Positions 17,094 to 26,667 of a stretch of 38,788 nucleotides of DNA are shown in pieces. Made by a program: the position numbers and the translations under genes. Every line of letters begins with the position of its first letter. Positions within the stretch are counted from its first letter, which is position 1. The DNA lies in the NCBI GenBank assembly GCA_964372275.1, contig CAYJRR010000031.1:1-38788 (forward strand). The letters run 5' to 3'. Source of the DNA: an uncultured bacterium (GTDB lineage: Bacteria > CAYJRR01). The notes under the pieces were generated by a model. That model did no database searches. It worked only from the letters and a program-made list of their open reading frames with translations, and was not told the DNA's origin.

Positions 17094-18425
17094 ATGCCGG
17101 TCTTCGTACAGTGGCTCGTCCGGCTGATCACCGCCGTCTGGTGTCGGGAGGTGGAGGTCGCCGGCCTCTCCCACGTCCCGACCGGCCGGCCGTTGATCGT
17201 GGTGGCGAACCACCTGAACGGGCTGATCGACCCGTTGCTGATCGCCGGCTCGCTGCCGCTCCGGCCGCGGTTCCTTGCCAAGAGCACGCTCTGGAACAAT
17301 CCGGTGCTGCGGCTCTTCTTCGCGTTGGGGCGCGTGGTGCCGGTGGCGCGGAGGCAGGACCGTGGGGAAGGGGCCGACATGGCCCAGAACGCCGAGACGT
17401 TTCGCGTGGCGGCGGAGGTGCTGCGCGGCGGCGGCGTGATCGCGCTGTTCCCGGAAGGGCAGAGTCACAACGAACCGCACCTGCAGCCGCTCAAGACCGG
17501 GGCGGCGCGGATGGCGCTCGCCGGGCCGGACGACGTGCAGATCCTTCCGGTGGGAATCGGTTTCGAGCGCAAGGAGCGCTTCCGCAGCCGGGCGCTGCTG
17601 CAGGTCGGGCGACCGATCGATCCCGCCGAGGCGAGGCGGATGGAGCGCGACGGCGATCCGGCCGGCGCGGTCCGGAAGCTGACCGCGCAGATCGCCTCGG
17701 GCCTCCTCGAGGTCACGGTGAACGTTCCCACCTGGAAGGAGCGGCGGCTGATCGAGCGCGCGGTGGAGATCTCGCTCGGGGACGAGAGCTCATTGCGCGC
17801 GCGGACCGAGGTCTTCCGCGCCTTCTACGACGCTTATCGCTGGCTCGGCGAGACGCGTCCCGAGGAGCTCGCGGCGGTGCGGCGAGAGGTCGCCCGCTAC
17901 GACCGGATGCTCACGCTCCTGGGATTGACCGACGAAGAGGTCCGCGCGCGGTACGGCGCCGGGAGCGTGGTGCGCTGGTTCTCGCGGTTCACCCGGCTGG
18001 TGCTGCTGCGCCTGCCGCTGGGGGTGGTCGGGACGCTGATCCACGCCTTGCCGTACCAGCTTCCCGGGATGCTCGCGCGCCGCAAGGCGAAGGAGCCCGA
18101 CCAGCCGGCGAGCTGGAAGCTGTTCGCGGCGATCGTCGTCTTCCCGGTCTGGTGGCTGGTCCTGGCGGCGGCCGCCGCCTCGTGGCTCGGGGCGGGGTGG
18201 ACGGCCGCCGGACTCGCCCTCGGTCCGCTCTCCGGCTGGGTCGCGCTCCAGTGGCGGGAGAGCGGCGTCACGCTCGGCGAGCAGGCGCGGGCCTTCCTGC
18301 TGCTCCCGACCCGCCGCCGCCTCCTCGAGGAGGTCCGCGCGCGCCGGACGACGATCGAGCGGGGTCTGGAGGAGCTGCGCCGCGCCTGGGTGGCCGGCGA
18401 TCCCCGCCGCGGCCACGGCGCCTGA
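17094..18425 (+). CDS. Lysophospholipid/glycerol-3-phosphate acyltransferase with C-terminal TM helices
   Basis: ANHLNGLID (HX4D-type), FLAKSTLW, LFPEGQSH, LKTGAARMA; starts 9 nt after the MFS gene. Confidence 0.9.
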   Translation: MPVFVQWLVRLITAVWCREVEVAGLSHVPTGRPLIVVANHLNGLIDPLLIAGSLPLRPRFLAKSTLWNNPVLRLFFALGRVVPVARRQDRGEGADMAQNAETFRVAAEVLRGGGVIALFPEGQSHNEPHLQPLKTGAARMALAGPDDVQILPVGIGFERKERFRSRALLQVGRPIDPAEARRMERDGDPAGAVRKLTAQIASGLLEVTVNVPTWKERRLIERAVEISLGDESSLRARTEVFRAFYDAYRWLGETRPEELAAVRREVARYDRMLTLLGLTDEEVRARYGAGSVVRWFSRFTRLVLLRLPLGVVGTLIHALPYQLPGMLARRKAKEPDQPASWKLFAAIVVFPVWWLVLAAAAASWLGAGWTAAGLALGPLSGWVALQWRESGVTLGEQARAFLLLPTRRRLLEEVRARRTTIERGLEELRRAWVAGDPRRGHGA

Positions 18426-18438
18426 CCGGTCACCCGCG

Positions 18439-18978
18439 TCAGCGCTTCAGGCCGGCGCCGGTCGACCGCTGGGTCGCATCCGCGGGCCGGATCGACTCTT
18501 GGCGGGGAAGGTTGCTGCCGGTCGACGTGTCGAAGCCCGGGGTGAGGGCAGGGGACGGGAACGCAATCGGCCGGCCCTTTCCGTCGATGTGGACGAAGTC
18601 GGAGACGTCGGTGGCGTCGAGTCCGATCCACCGGGCGAGGTTGATGAACATCCCCGGGGCGAAGCGGCTTTCGATGAAGACGTAGGCGAGGTCGAGCTCC
18701 TGCCCGTCGGCCTTGAGCGAGAGGTAGTAGTCGTCGCCGTGGCTTTCTACGTTTCCGAAGGTCACCCGCTTCGGGGTGAGCCGCCGGGCGGTGGCGATCG
18801 TCTCGCCGCACGGTTCGCAGAGGTAGAGGATCGACGGCGAACGGCGCACCAGGCGCGCGGCGTCGGCCATCTTCTCGACGTGGCGCTCCTCGACCCACTG
18901 GAACTGGTCGGCGGAGGCGGATGCGGAGACGAGGGTCGCGAGGAGAAGGGCGATCGAACGGGCGGCGTGCGTGCGCAT
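18439..18978 (-). CDS. Secreted hypothetical protein (CxxC motif)
   Basis: Signal peptide ending ASA-DQFQWV; YLCEPCG, LDLAYVFI; AAAGGAG RBS. Confidence 0.75.
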   Translation of the reverse strand: MRTHAARSIALLLATLVSASASADQFQWVEERHVEKMADAARLVRRSPSILYLCEPCGETIATARRLTPKRVTFGNVESHGDDYYLSLKADGQELDLAYVFIESRFAPGMFINLARWIGLDATDVSDFVHIDGKGRPIAFPSPALTPGFDTSTGSNLPRQESIRPADATQRSTGAGLKR

Positions 18979-19016
18979 CGAGGGGCTCCTTTCGGATGGG
19001 AAGGGCGCAGCGACCG

Positions 19017-19032
19017 AGCAATCGCTGTGCCA
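19017..19032 (-). promoter_or_regulatory. sigma54 promoter
   Basis: TGGCACAGCGATTGCT, an exact TGGCAC-N5-TTGCW match, 38 nt upstream of the 18978 start. Confidence 0.8.
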
Positions 19033-19197
19033 CGCGGGTCGCAGCTCCCGGACGTCCGCGCGCACGGCGATTTTCGACGGCGTGACACCGCCGATGTCGC
19101 ATCGCCGAGCGGCGTGTGGCACCGACTATCCAGGCGGCGACGGGACGGTGCGTCGGCGAATACACGCGGACCGAGACCGCCGCCGTGGGCGGCGTCG

Positions 19198-20583
19198 TCA
19201 GACCGGTTCGCCGCGCAGGTAACGGCGGTAGAGGACCTTGGCGAGCGGCTTCACGCCGATCCGCGCCGCGGCCTCCCGCGCCCAGGGCTGGATCCGGAAG
19301 CGGAGCGCGTTCTCGCAGCGCGCGGTGAGGAAGGCGCGCGGTGACTTGCGGAGGTAGGCCCAGCGGAACCTCCGCCGCCCGGCGGCGGTGAACACCTTCG
19401 CGTTCCCCCCGAGCTTTCCGACCTGGTAGGAGAAGTCCGGATAGAGGCGGACCCCGATCAGGCGGGTGCGCATGAAGTTGCCGATGAGAAGGTCGTCGAA
19501 GTAGCCGTATTCGACCGTTTCCAGGAGCGGCGCGCGGGGGACCTGGAATTCGATCCCGCGCTCGCCGCCGGGACGGGCCGGATCGAGGTCGAAGCGGCGC
19601 GTCTCGCCGCCGACGGTGAAGGCGAGGAAGTCGATGCGGCGTCGGATCGTCTCGAACGACCGCGCGAATCGGCCGACGCGGGACCACTCCTCCTCGTTGA
19701 GGCGGGAGGTCCAGTCGTCGGCGGTGGAGGAGGCCCAGCCTCGGTAGACCGTCGATCCTCCCGCGGGCCGCACGTCTCCCCGTTCCAGGTCGATCGTCAC
19801 GTAGGGATCGATCAGCCGCACCTCGGGCCGGTTCCAGTGCCGGCGCATGTCGGCCGCCGTGATGCGGTAGGGATTGGCCCACACCGAGTCGCGGCGGACG
19901 TAGACGTGCTGCGACGAGGAGCAGCAGAAGTTCCGTACCCCGAGGCGGGCCGCGGTGCGGGCGACGTTCCAGACCGCGCCGGGCTTGCGCGCCTCCGGAT
20001 CGCCGGCGAGCGAGCGGCCGTGTTCGTCGACGAAGTTGAACATGTCGGCGTCGACCGAGCAGAGGGCGGCGAGGTAGGTCCGGTCGTTCGGATGCCGGGC
20101 CACCAGGCGGCGGAGGAACCCGCCTTCGCCGCACAGCGGCGAGTCGTTCAGATCGATCACCAGCGCCGAGCCGGCCTGCACCACCAGGATCCCGTCCTGG
20201 TTCTCGTTTCCGAGGGAGAGGACGCGGATCCCGCCGGTCAGCGGGACCCACCGCTTGAACGGGAGGACGGTCACCGAGAACCCTCGCGCCGCGAGGCCGG
20301 CGCGAATCTCGTCGTGGTAGTGGTCGGGCAGCAGGATCCGGGTCCGTTCCTTCGAGAGAAGCTCGAGCGACGCGGGGTGTAGGTGGTCGGGGTGCCCGTG
20401 CGAGATCCAGACGAACGGCGACGCCTGCACGCGCCGGATCTGCTCCTCGGTCGGAGGCCGTTCGAGCCCCCAACTCCCGAAGTAGCAGGTGCCGGCGAGC
20501 CACGGGTCGGTGGCGAGCACCGGACGCCCGTCCTGCGAGAACTGGAGGATCGCGTTGCCGAACGTCTCGAGCCGGATCTCCAT
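19198..20583 (-). CDS. MBL-fold metallo-hydrolase (CMP-Neu5Ac hydroxylase/UlaG-like)
   Basis: Starts MEIRLETFGNA; TDPWLAGTCYFGSW, WISHGHPDHLH (HxHxDH), DLNDS; GGAGGG RBS. Confidence 0.82.
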   Translation of the reverse strand: MEIRLETFGNAILQFSQDGRPVLATDPWLAGTCYFGSWGLERPPTEEQIRRVQASPFVWISHGHPDHLHPASLELLSKERTRILLPDHYHDEIRAGLAARGFSVTVLPFKRWVPLTGGIRVLSLGNENQDGILVVQAGSALVIDLNDSPLCGEGGFLRRLVARHPNDRTYLAALCSVDADMFNFVDEHGRSLAGDPEARKPGAVWNVARTAARLGVRNFCCSSSQHVYVRRDSVWANPYRITAADMRRHWNRPEVRLIDPYVTIDLERGDVRPAGGSTVYRGWASSTADDWTSRLNEEEWSRVGRFARSFETIRRRIDFLAFTVGGETRRFDLDPARPGGERGIEFQVPRAPLLETVEYGYFDDLLIGNFMRTRLIGVRLYPDFSYQVGKLGGNAKVFTAAGRRRFRWAYLRKSPRAFLTARCENALRFRIQPWAREAAARIGVKPLAKVLYRRYLRGEPV

Positions 20584-20612
20584 CGTCTTCCCTCCGATTG
20601 CCGGACGCGCCG

Positions 20613-22181
20613 TCAAGGTCCGTAGGTCGCGGCCTGGATCTCGAAGCGCGCCGGGATCCAGCCGCGCAGGTACGCGACCTCCTCCGCCCAGGTGGTGACG
20701 TCGTCGCGGTGGCTCCACCGTGGGAAGGCGCGGTAGGCCGGTCCCCAGCGCCGCTCGTCGCGGATCGCCGACGGCTCGATCTCCGACGCGTAGGACCCGA
20801 GCCACTGCAGCACCAGCCCGGCGGACACGCGCTGGTGGAGGATCCACGCGTATCGCTGTCGCGTCGATTCGCGCAGCGCCGGGTCGCCGAGCATCCGTTC
20901 GAACAGTCCGTTCTCGGCGGTGAACTCGCTCGGTTCCGTGGGCGCGCGACGGACCGTCCGCCAGTTCTGTCCGAAGCTGGCGGTGAAGTCCCACGGGGCG
21001 AAGCGGAACGGTCCGGCGTCGTGGTAGTGGAAGGCGTTCTGGCTGACGCCGTCGTTGGCGAACAGGAGCATCGCCAGCGCCCACCAGTCCTGGTAGTCGC
21101 GCAGATCGACCCTCCTTCCGAGCTGCGCGCGGAACGTGTCGTCGTCGGCGCGGGCGACGAAGTCGGTGAGCGCCTCGATGTCGGCGAAGGCGCCGGGCTC
21201 CCCCTCGGGCGGGAGCCCCTCCTTCTTCTCGTAACCGTCGTGCAGCGTCTCCTTGGTCTCGCCGCCGTAGGTCAGTCGGAAGTTCGCCGTGTAGTGCTCG
21301 GCCTTGAACAGGTCGCCGCCGGCGTCGAGCCCGTTTCGTTCCACCAGGAAGCGGTCGACGTGATCGACCAACGTGTAGAGGCCGTGGTAGGTGCCATCGA
21401 TGTAGAGGACGGCGCTCACCGTCTGCACCTGGAGGTGCTCCGGGTCGATCCGGTTCCATACGTCGAACGCAAGGCGCGTCCGCAGGTAGCTGTTGTCGTC
21501 GAAGTTTCCGTAGAGGACGACGCGCCGCCGGTCGCGGAATCCGCGCGTCGGCTCGTGGAACGGGTCTTCGCGGGGGAACTTCAGGGTGAAGTTGTTCTTC
21601 GGGTAGTCGATGGAGGACGAGCCGCGCAGCTTGGCTTCGGCGGCGTAGACGTGCCCGCGGTGGACGACGGTCGCCGGTGCGTACTCGTGGCGCGTGGTCG
21701 GGGCGGGGGAGAGGAACAGGACGGGAAGGCCGTACTCCTCGCCGTATCGGAGCGGATCGACGATCGGCGCGTTGTCCGGATCGTCCCACGCGTCGGCGAC
21801 GCCGATCGTGAGCGGCGCCGATTCGCCGGTCGCCGCCGACCGGATCGACAGCTCGTGTACCGCCGCGTCGTCCAGGTCGGGTGTCCAGGTCAACGTCGCG
21901 GCGGCCGGGTCCCAGAGGGCGCCCTCCGGGACGGCCTCGACCGCGAGCTGTGCGCTCCCGACCGTCATGCCGGTGCCGCAGCGGACCGACACGGTGAGCG
22001 TCTCCCCCTCGGCGATCCAGAACGGGCCGTCCGAGGTGGGATCACACGAGGGTCCGGCGGTCGGAACCGGCGACGGCCATTCGCGGCCGGAGGCTGCCGG
22101 CGGCGGCGCGGCGCACGCAGCCGCGCCGGTAAGGGGGAGGAGTAGGCGAATACGGGTGAACGGTCGGTCGAGCGTGCGCAT
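20613..22181 (-). CDS. CotH kinase family lipoprotein with N-terminal Ig-like domain
   Basis: Lipobox-like AAA-C; LTWTPD Ig motif; AKLRGSSS, KNNFTLKF, LYIDGTYHGLY, NAFHY, APWDF. Confidence 0.87.
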   Translation of the reverse strand: MRTLDRPFTRIRLLLPLTGAAACAAPPPAASGREWPSPVPTAGPSCDPTSDGPFWIAEGETLTVSVRCGTGMTVGSAQLAVEAVPEGALWDPAAATLTWTPDLDDAAVHELSIRSAATGESAPLTIGVADAWDDPDNAPIVDPLRYGEEYGLPVLFLSPAPTTRHEYAPATVVHRGHVYAAEAKLRGSSSIDYPKNNFTLKFPREDPFHEPTRGFRDRRRVVLYGNFDDNSYLRTRLAFDVWNRIDPEHLQVQTVSAVLYIDGTYHGLYTLVDHVDRFLVERNGLDAGGDLFKAEHYTANFRLTYGGETKETLHDGYEKKEGLPPEGEPGAFADIEALTDFVARADDDTFRAQLGRRVDLRDYQDWWALAMLLFANDGVSQNAFHYHDAGPFRFAPWDFTASFGQNWRTVRRAPTEPSEFTAENGLFERMLGDPALRESTRQRYAWILHQRVSAGLVLQWLGSYASEIEPSAIRDERRWGPAYRAFPRWSHRDDVTTWAEEVAYLRGWIPARFEIQAATYGP

Positions 22182-22306
22182 GGCGATCCGACTCCGCCAG
22201 TTGGTCGCGGCGGGGCCGGAGGCCAGGGCGCGGGAATGGTGCTAGGGTGGCGCCCGCCGTCGGTCCGTTCCGGGTCGGGCGATCGTTCTTGGGAGCGCCG
22301 CGCGCC

Positions 22307-22744
22307 ATGCAGAGCAGCCGCCGCCATTTTTCGCGCATCGCGATGCTTGCGCTGGTGATCGCCTCCGGGGCGTGGATCGTCTGGAAGGTGGTGCGCGCGT
22401 GGATGCCGTGGATCGCGCGGAGGTCCGACGGGCGCTTCGCGTTGGGACGCGCGGCACGCTTCCCGCCGGGGACGGCGACGCTGTTGCGGCGGGCGCAGGC
22501 CGTCGTCGTCCACGACGAGCTCGGCGTCCACGCCCTCTCCGCGATCTGCACCCACGAGCGCTGCACGATCCGGCCGCTTCCGGCGCGGCGGGAGCTCGTC
22601 TGCCCCTGCCACGGCTCGGCATTCGCCTACGACGGACGGGTGAAGCGGGGACCGGCGGCGGTCGACCTCCCGTGGCTGGAGCTGCGGGACGAGGGGGGCC
22701 TCCTGGTGCTCGACCCGACCCGGCGGGTTCCGCCCGCGACATAG
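22307..22744 (+). CDS. Rieske [2Fe-2S] protein with Tat-like membrane anchor
   Basis: SRRHF plus a TM helix; CTHERC and CPCHGSAF; GPA..L. Confidence 0.88.
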   Translation: MQSSRRHFSRIAMLALVIASGAWIVWKVVRAWMPWIARRSDGRFALGRAARFPPGTATLLRRAQAVVVHDELGVHALSAICTHERCTIRPLPARRELVCPCHGSAFAYDGRVKRGPAAVDLPWLELRDEGGLLVLDPTRRVPPAT

Positions 22745-22840
22745 GCGGAACGCTTCCGGGGAGTCCCGGGGAAGCCCGAAGGGCGGAACGCTTGCGGCGC
22801 CGCAGGGGGGTGACTACCCTCGTGGGGTTCGGAGGCCGTC

Positions 22841-23242
22841 ATGTCACGAATCCGTGCCCTCATTTCGACGCTCGTTCTCGCCCTGGCGTTCCCGGCCGTG
22901 TCGTTCGCCGGGAGCTGCTTCCTCGCGAACAAGGATCGCGAGACGAAGATCACGATCAAGCGCGCCGGATCGCGCGTCGTCACCTCGGTCGCCGCGCGGG
23001 CGACGATGGAGATCCCCGGGACGCCGCTCACGATCGTGCTCTCCAACGGGAAGTCGATCGAGGCGCTCGACGGCGAGACGATCACCCTGCGCGGCGGCAA
23101 GCTCTCGAAGCCGACCGTCCCGGTCGACGAGGCCGAGGCGCCGCCCGCCGAGTCGGCGCCGCCCGCCGCCGCCGCGGAGGCGTCGGCGCCGCCGCCGGCC
23201 GCTGCGGCCGCCGAGGCACCGGTGGCGACGCCGTCGCCGTAG
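22841..23242 (+). CDS. Secreted hypothetical protein with Pro/Ala-rich tail
   Basis: GGAGG RBS; signal peptide ending SFA; AP-rich C-terminus. Confidence 0.72.
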   Translation: MSRIRALISTLVLALAFPAVSFAGSCFLANKDRETKITIKRAGSRVVTSVAARATMEIPGTPLTIVLSNGKSIEALDGETITLRGGKLSKPTVPVDEAEAPPAESAPPAAAAEASAPPPAAAAAEAPVATPSP

Positions 23243-23283
23243 CGTCGGCGACCGAACCTGGTTACGTTTCGTTCCGTCCGCCT

Positions 23284-23307
23284 TCCGACTCCGACTCCGG
23301 CTCCGGC
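23284..23307. repeat. Short hexamer tandem repeat
   Basis: tccgac tccgac tccggc tccggc between convergent genes. Confidence 0.6.
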
Positions 23308-23320
23308 CCCCTTCCGCGCG

Positions 23321-23701
23321 TCATCCCTCCGGCAACGTCGGCAGCTCTCCGAGGTCGACAACGGCTCCGCGGCCCTCGATCCAAGCGAGCGTCTGGTCGC
23401 GCAGCCGGGCGATCCGGCGGCACAGCTCGGCCACGTCGATGCCGAGCCGGTGCGGCGAATAGGGGACGAGCAATCGGTGCGCGCGCTCGAAGAGCCGGTT
23501 CGCGCCGTTGGCGTTCCCTTCGCCGACCTTCTTCGCCGCGACCGCCAACTGGATCAGCCCGCGGAACAGGTCGCGGTCCGGTCCTGACATCGGCCGCCAC
23601 GCCTCCTCCCAGGTTTCGTGCGCCTCGAAGAAGAGCCCCCGGTTGAACTCCCGCGCGCCGCGGTGGAGGGCGTCGATTGCGTCGGCGCGGCTATCGGACA
23701 T
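23321..23701 (-). CDS. DUF309 family protein
   Basis: FNRGLFFEAHETWEEAW, GLIQLAVA; its start overlaps the upstream gene's end by 11 nt. Confidence 0.88.
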   Translation of the reverse strand: MSDSRADAIDALHRGAREFNRGLFFEAHETWEEAWRPMSGPDRDLFRGLIQLAVAAKKVGEGNANGANRLFERAHRLLVPYSPHRLGIDVAELCRRIARLRDQTLAWIEGRGAVVDLGELPTLPEG

Positions 23702-26573
23702 CGAGCGACTGAGGCGTGCCGGAGCCGAGCTCGATCGAGTCGGTGGGCGCGTCGAGTGACGTCCCCTCGGCGCGCTTCAGGAACGCCGGGTCGTTCGTCG
23801 ACTCCTGGGTGACGTACCAGGCGTCGAGGCAGGCCTCGTCGTTCGGATCGGAACATCGCGCCGAAAGCGCCAGGCAGTTCACCGAATCGCCGAGCGAGGG
23901 CCAGGCGTCGATCACCTCGCCCCCCGTCGCCGCGTCGCCGGTCGCCACCCGAAGCGGTCCGTCGTCATCGCGGCGGAGGATCCACAACGACGCGTCGCGC
24001 GGGTCGAGCGCGATCGGCGAGCAACCGTTCTGCGGCTCGATCAGGATGTCGTTGAACCGGAAGGTGACGGTGAAGGCCGGATCGACCGTCGCCGCCGCCG
24101 GCTTCACGCGGCCGGCGGTCCAGGTCGCGTAGGGGGCGCCGTCGGGGAGGTGCGCGACGTAGCAGGCCCCGTCGTCCGCCGCCGCGACGCGAACGGGGGC
24201 CAGGCCCAACGCCGGGCTCGCGACGGCGCTGGCGTCGGGGAGCGAACCGACCGCGGCGCAGGTGCCGGCGAGCGCGTCGCAGCGCCAGATCGTCTGGTCG
24301 GTCGAACCGAAGGAACCTTCCGGCGAGCGCGTGGTCGCGGCGCAGAGCCACCGGCCGCTCGCCGAGAGCGACAGATCGCCCACCAGGTCGGGCTCGCCGA
24401 CGATCCCCGGTCCGATCGCGATCTCCTCCTCGACGGCGAGGTAGGGGTCGACGCGACGGAGGGTGGTCACCCCCTGAAAGGCGTTGTGGCCGACCCACGC
24501 CCCCCCGGTGGGGATCGCCACCGCCGGGCGCCACTTCTCGATCGGACCGTCGGGGGGCCCTTGCTGGACGACGATCTCTCCGCGGTCGTTCCTCACCGAG
24601 AAGCCGCCGGCGAAGGGATCGCCGTCGTCGGAGTACCAGACCGTTCCGCGCGTCGGATCGCCGGCGAGCCGGGCGCGCTCCCCGACCAGGCCCGGGAGGC
24701 GCTCCACGCTGCGAAGGTGAAACGGAATCTTCGCCACCAGCCCGACGTCTCCCGACGCGCCGGTCTCGAAGGTCGCCACCGCGTTTCCCGAGACCGGGTC
24801 GACGGCGAGCGAGTGCCACGAAAAGATGCCCGACGCCGTGTCGCCGATGATCGCGTCGGGCGGGATCGATCCGGCGAAGGTCCAGCGGTCGCCGAGGTAT
24901 TCGTAACGGAAGAGCACCTGGGAGAGGCCGTCGACGAACCACAGCGACGCCGTTTCGCGGTCGGAGACAAAGATCGGGTTTCCGCCGAGATTGAGCTGTC
25001 CGGAGAAGGCGGGGATCCCCGGCTCCTCCGAGGCCTCCCCGGTCTCGGGGTCGACCGCGAGCACGGTGTCGGTGTTGATGCTGTGCACGAGCAACCGGTT
25101 GCCGTCGGGATGCGCCGTCATGGCGCGCGCGTAGGTGAAGTCAAACGTCGGATCCGGCAACAGGACGAGCGAGCTCCCCTCCAGGCATCGAAGACCCGGC
25201 GTTCCCGCCGCGTCCTCGCCGAGCACGCACACCCGGCCGTCGGGCAGCGCGGCGGCCGAGTCGAAGCGGCCGAGCAGGACGTTGTCGGAGGAGACCGGCG
25301 TCCAGGAGCCGGCGGTGTCGAGGATTCCGATCCGCGTGCCGATCGTCCAGCAGCGACCGTCGTCGCGGGGGAGGACGGCGGTCGCCCCCGCAGGTCCGGT
25401 CTGTCCGAACGGAGCGCCGTCGTCGCGCTTCGCCTCGACCGGATTTCCGCCGCCCGGGGCGAGGACGACGAACGCGGCAACCGAGGTGGTCTCGCCGGCG
25501 TCGTCGTAGCGGACGACGGCGCACCGGTCGGTGAGCGAGGGAACGGTGAAGGCGTCCTTCGACGCCGGCGGCGACGTCGTCGGCGCCGGGTACCATCGTT
25601 CGACCGCGCGGAACGCTCCGTCCAGCCGGACGATCGGCGGCGCGGGGCCGGCGATGATCCCGTCGCCGGCCGCGAGGAACGTCCCGTCCCCCGGCGCGAA
25701 CGCGCCCCCCATCTGCCCGTTCGGAAAGGACACCAGCCCGGCGGTCGTGACGTACCCGGTCGTCGCGCGAGGGTGGTCGGGAAAGACGCGCAGAAGCCGG
25801 CTCGGGAATCGCGTCGAGACCCATACCTGTTTGCTCACGCTCACCGTCAGCGAGCCGCTTTCCCGGGCCAGGCCGTCGGTGGCGGTGACCTGGAACCGGA
25901 AGAAGTCGCCGGTCGACGGCACGTCGAATCGCGCGCGGCGGCCGTCTTCGTCGAGCGGGACCGGCTCCGGTCCCGCCCCCGCGACGCGCGCCCAGGAGAA
26001 GGCGAGCGGATCGCCGTCGGCGTCGGTCGTGGTGCAGGTGTCCGGATCGGGCCGGCCGCCGCAGGCGTCGAGGACGACGGGGCCCCGGGCGACGAACATC
26101 GTTCCGCCGGCGTCCGGCGCGGGCTCCTCGTTCCGCACGACGACCGCGGCCGAGGCGACGCCGATGTGCCCTTCCCGGTCGGTCACGCGCACGCAGACGA
26201 TGCGAATCACGTCGCCGGTCCCGTCTTCGCCGAACGCCGCCTCTTCGACCGGCAGGGTCGTCTCCAGCGTCGCCCCCTCCGTCGGCGGCGTTTGGAAGGC
26301 GCGCGAATCGGCAGCCCGGCCGGCGCACTGGTCGTTCTCCAGCTCGAAGGCATAGCGCAAGCCACCGCTCCCCCCTTTGCTCTCGGACGCGTCGAGAAGG
26401 AACGGGGTGTTTCGGCCGCCTTGGTTGATGACGGTGTCGGTCTCGCCGACCGCCCGGATGACGAGCTTCGCGCGCGGCGCGACGGCCGGATCGAACGGAT
26501 TGTCCCGCTCCGGAATGGCGCAGGCCCACGGCGCGATCGCCGCGAGCAGAAGGAGAGTCCCTCGTTTCGGCAC
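23691..26573 (-). CDS. Large (960 aa) lipoprotein with PKD/Ig-like domains and probable beta-propellers
   Basis: GTG at 26573 gives MPKRGTLLLLAAIAPWA-C..ERDNPFDP; LLDASES, VVLDA...DADGDPLAFSW, FQVTATDG; repeated beta-rich blocks with paired Cys. Confidence 0.78.
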   Translation of the reverse strand: MPKRGTLLLLAAIAPWACAIPERDNPFDPAVAPRAKLVIRAVGETDTVINQGGRNTPFLLDASESKGGSGGLRYAFELENDQCAGRAADSRAFQTPPTEGATLETTLPVEEAAFGEDGTGDVIRIVCVRVTDREGHIGVASAAVVVRNEEPAPDAGGTMFVARGPVVLDACGGRPDPDTCTTTDADGDPLAFSWARVAGAGPEPVPLDEDGRRARFDVPSTGDFFRFQVTATDGLARESGSLTVSVSKQVWVSTRFPSRLLRVFPDHPRATTGYVTTAGLVSFPNGQMGGAFAPGDGTFLAAGDGIIAGPAPPIVRLDGAFRAVERWYPAPTTSPPASKDAFTVPSLTDRCAVVRYDDAGETTSVAAFVVLAPGGGNPVEAKRDDGAPFGQTGPAGATAVLPRDDGRCWTIGTRIGILDTAGSWTPVSSDNVLLGRFDSAAALPDGRVCVLGEDAAGTPGLRCLEGSSLVLLPDPTFDFTYARAMTAHPDGNRLLVHSINTDTVLAVDPETGEASEEPGIPAFSGQLNLGGNPIFVSDRETASLWFVDGLSQVLFRYEYLGDRWTFAGSIPPDAIIGDTASGIFSWHSLAVDPVSGNAVATFETGASGDVGLVAKIPFHLRSVERLPGLVGERARLAGDPTRGTVWYSDDGDPFAGGFSVRNDRGEIVVQQGPPDGPIEKWRPAVAIPTGGAWVGHNAFQGVTTLRRVDPYLAVEEEIAIGPGIVGEPDLVGDLSLSASGRWLCAATTRSPEGSFGSTDQTIWRCDALAGTCAAVGSLPDASAVASPALGLAPVRVAAADDGACYVAHLPDGAPYATWTAGRVKPAAATVDPAFTVTFRFNDILIEPQNGCSPIALDPRDASLWILRRDDDGPLRVATGDAATGGEVIDAWPSLGDSVNCLALSARCSDPNDEACLDAWYVTQESTNDPAFLKRAEGTSLDAPTDSIELGSGTPQSLDVR

Positions 26574-26667
26574 GGGGGGGATCCTATGCGATCCGTCGAC
26601 GTCCCGTCTTCGGCTCGGCGCCGCCGGACGCTTGCCGTGGCGCCTTCGTTTCGGTATTTTGTTCGGC

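Noticed and set aside
19198-21789. Apparent 863-aa fusion upstream of the MBL domain
   Set aside because: The N-terminal part is an alternative frame of the CotH gene; the MBL has its own RBS and ATG at 20583.
26587-26667. LexA/SOS box upstream of the SPL-like radical SAM gene
   Set aside because: No convincing match to the LexA motifs I know.
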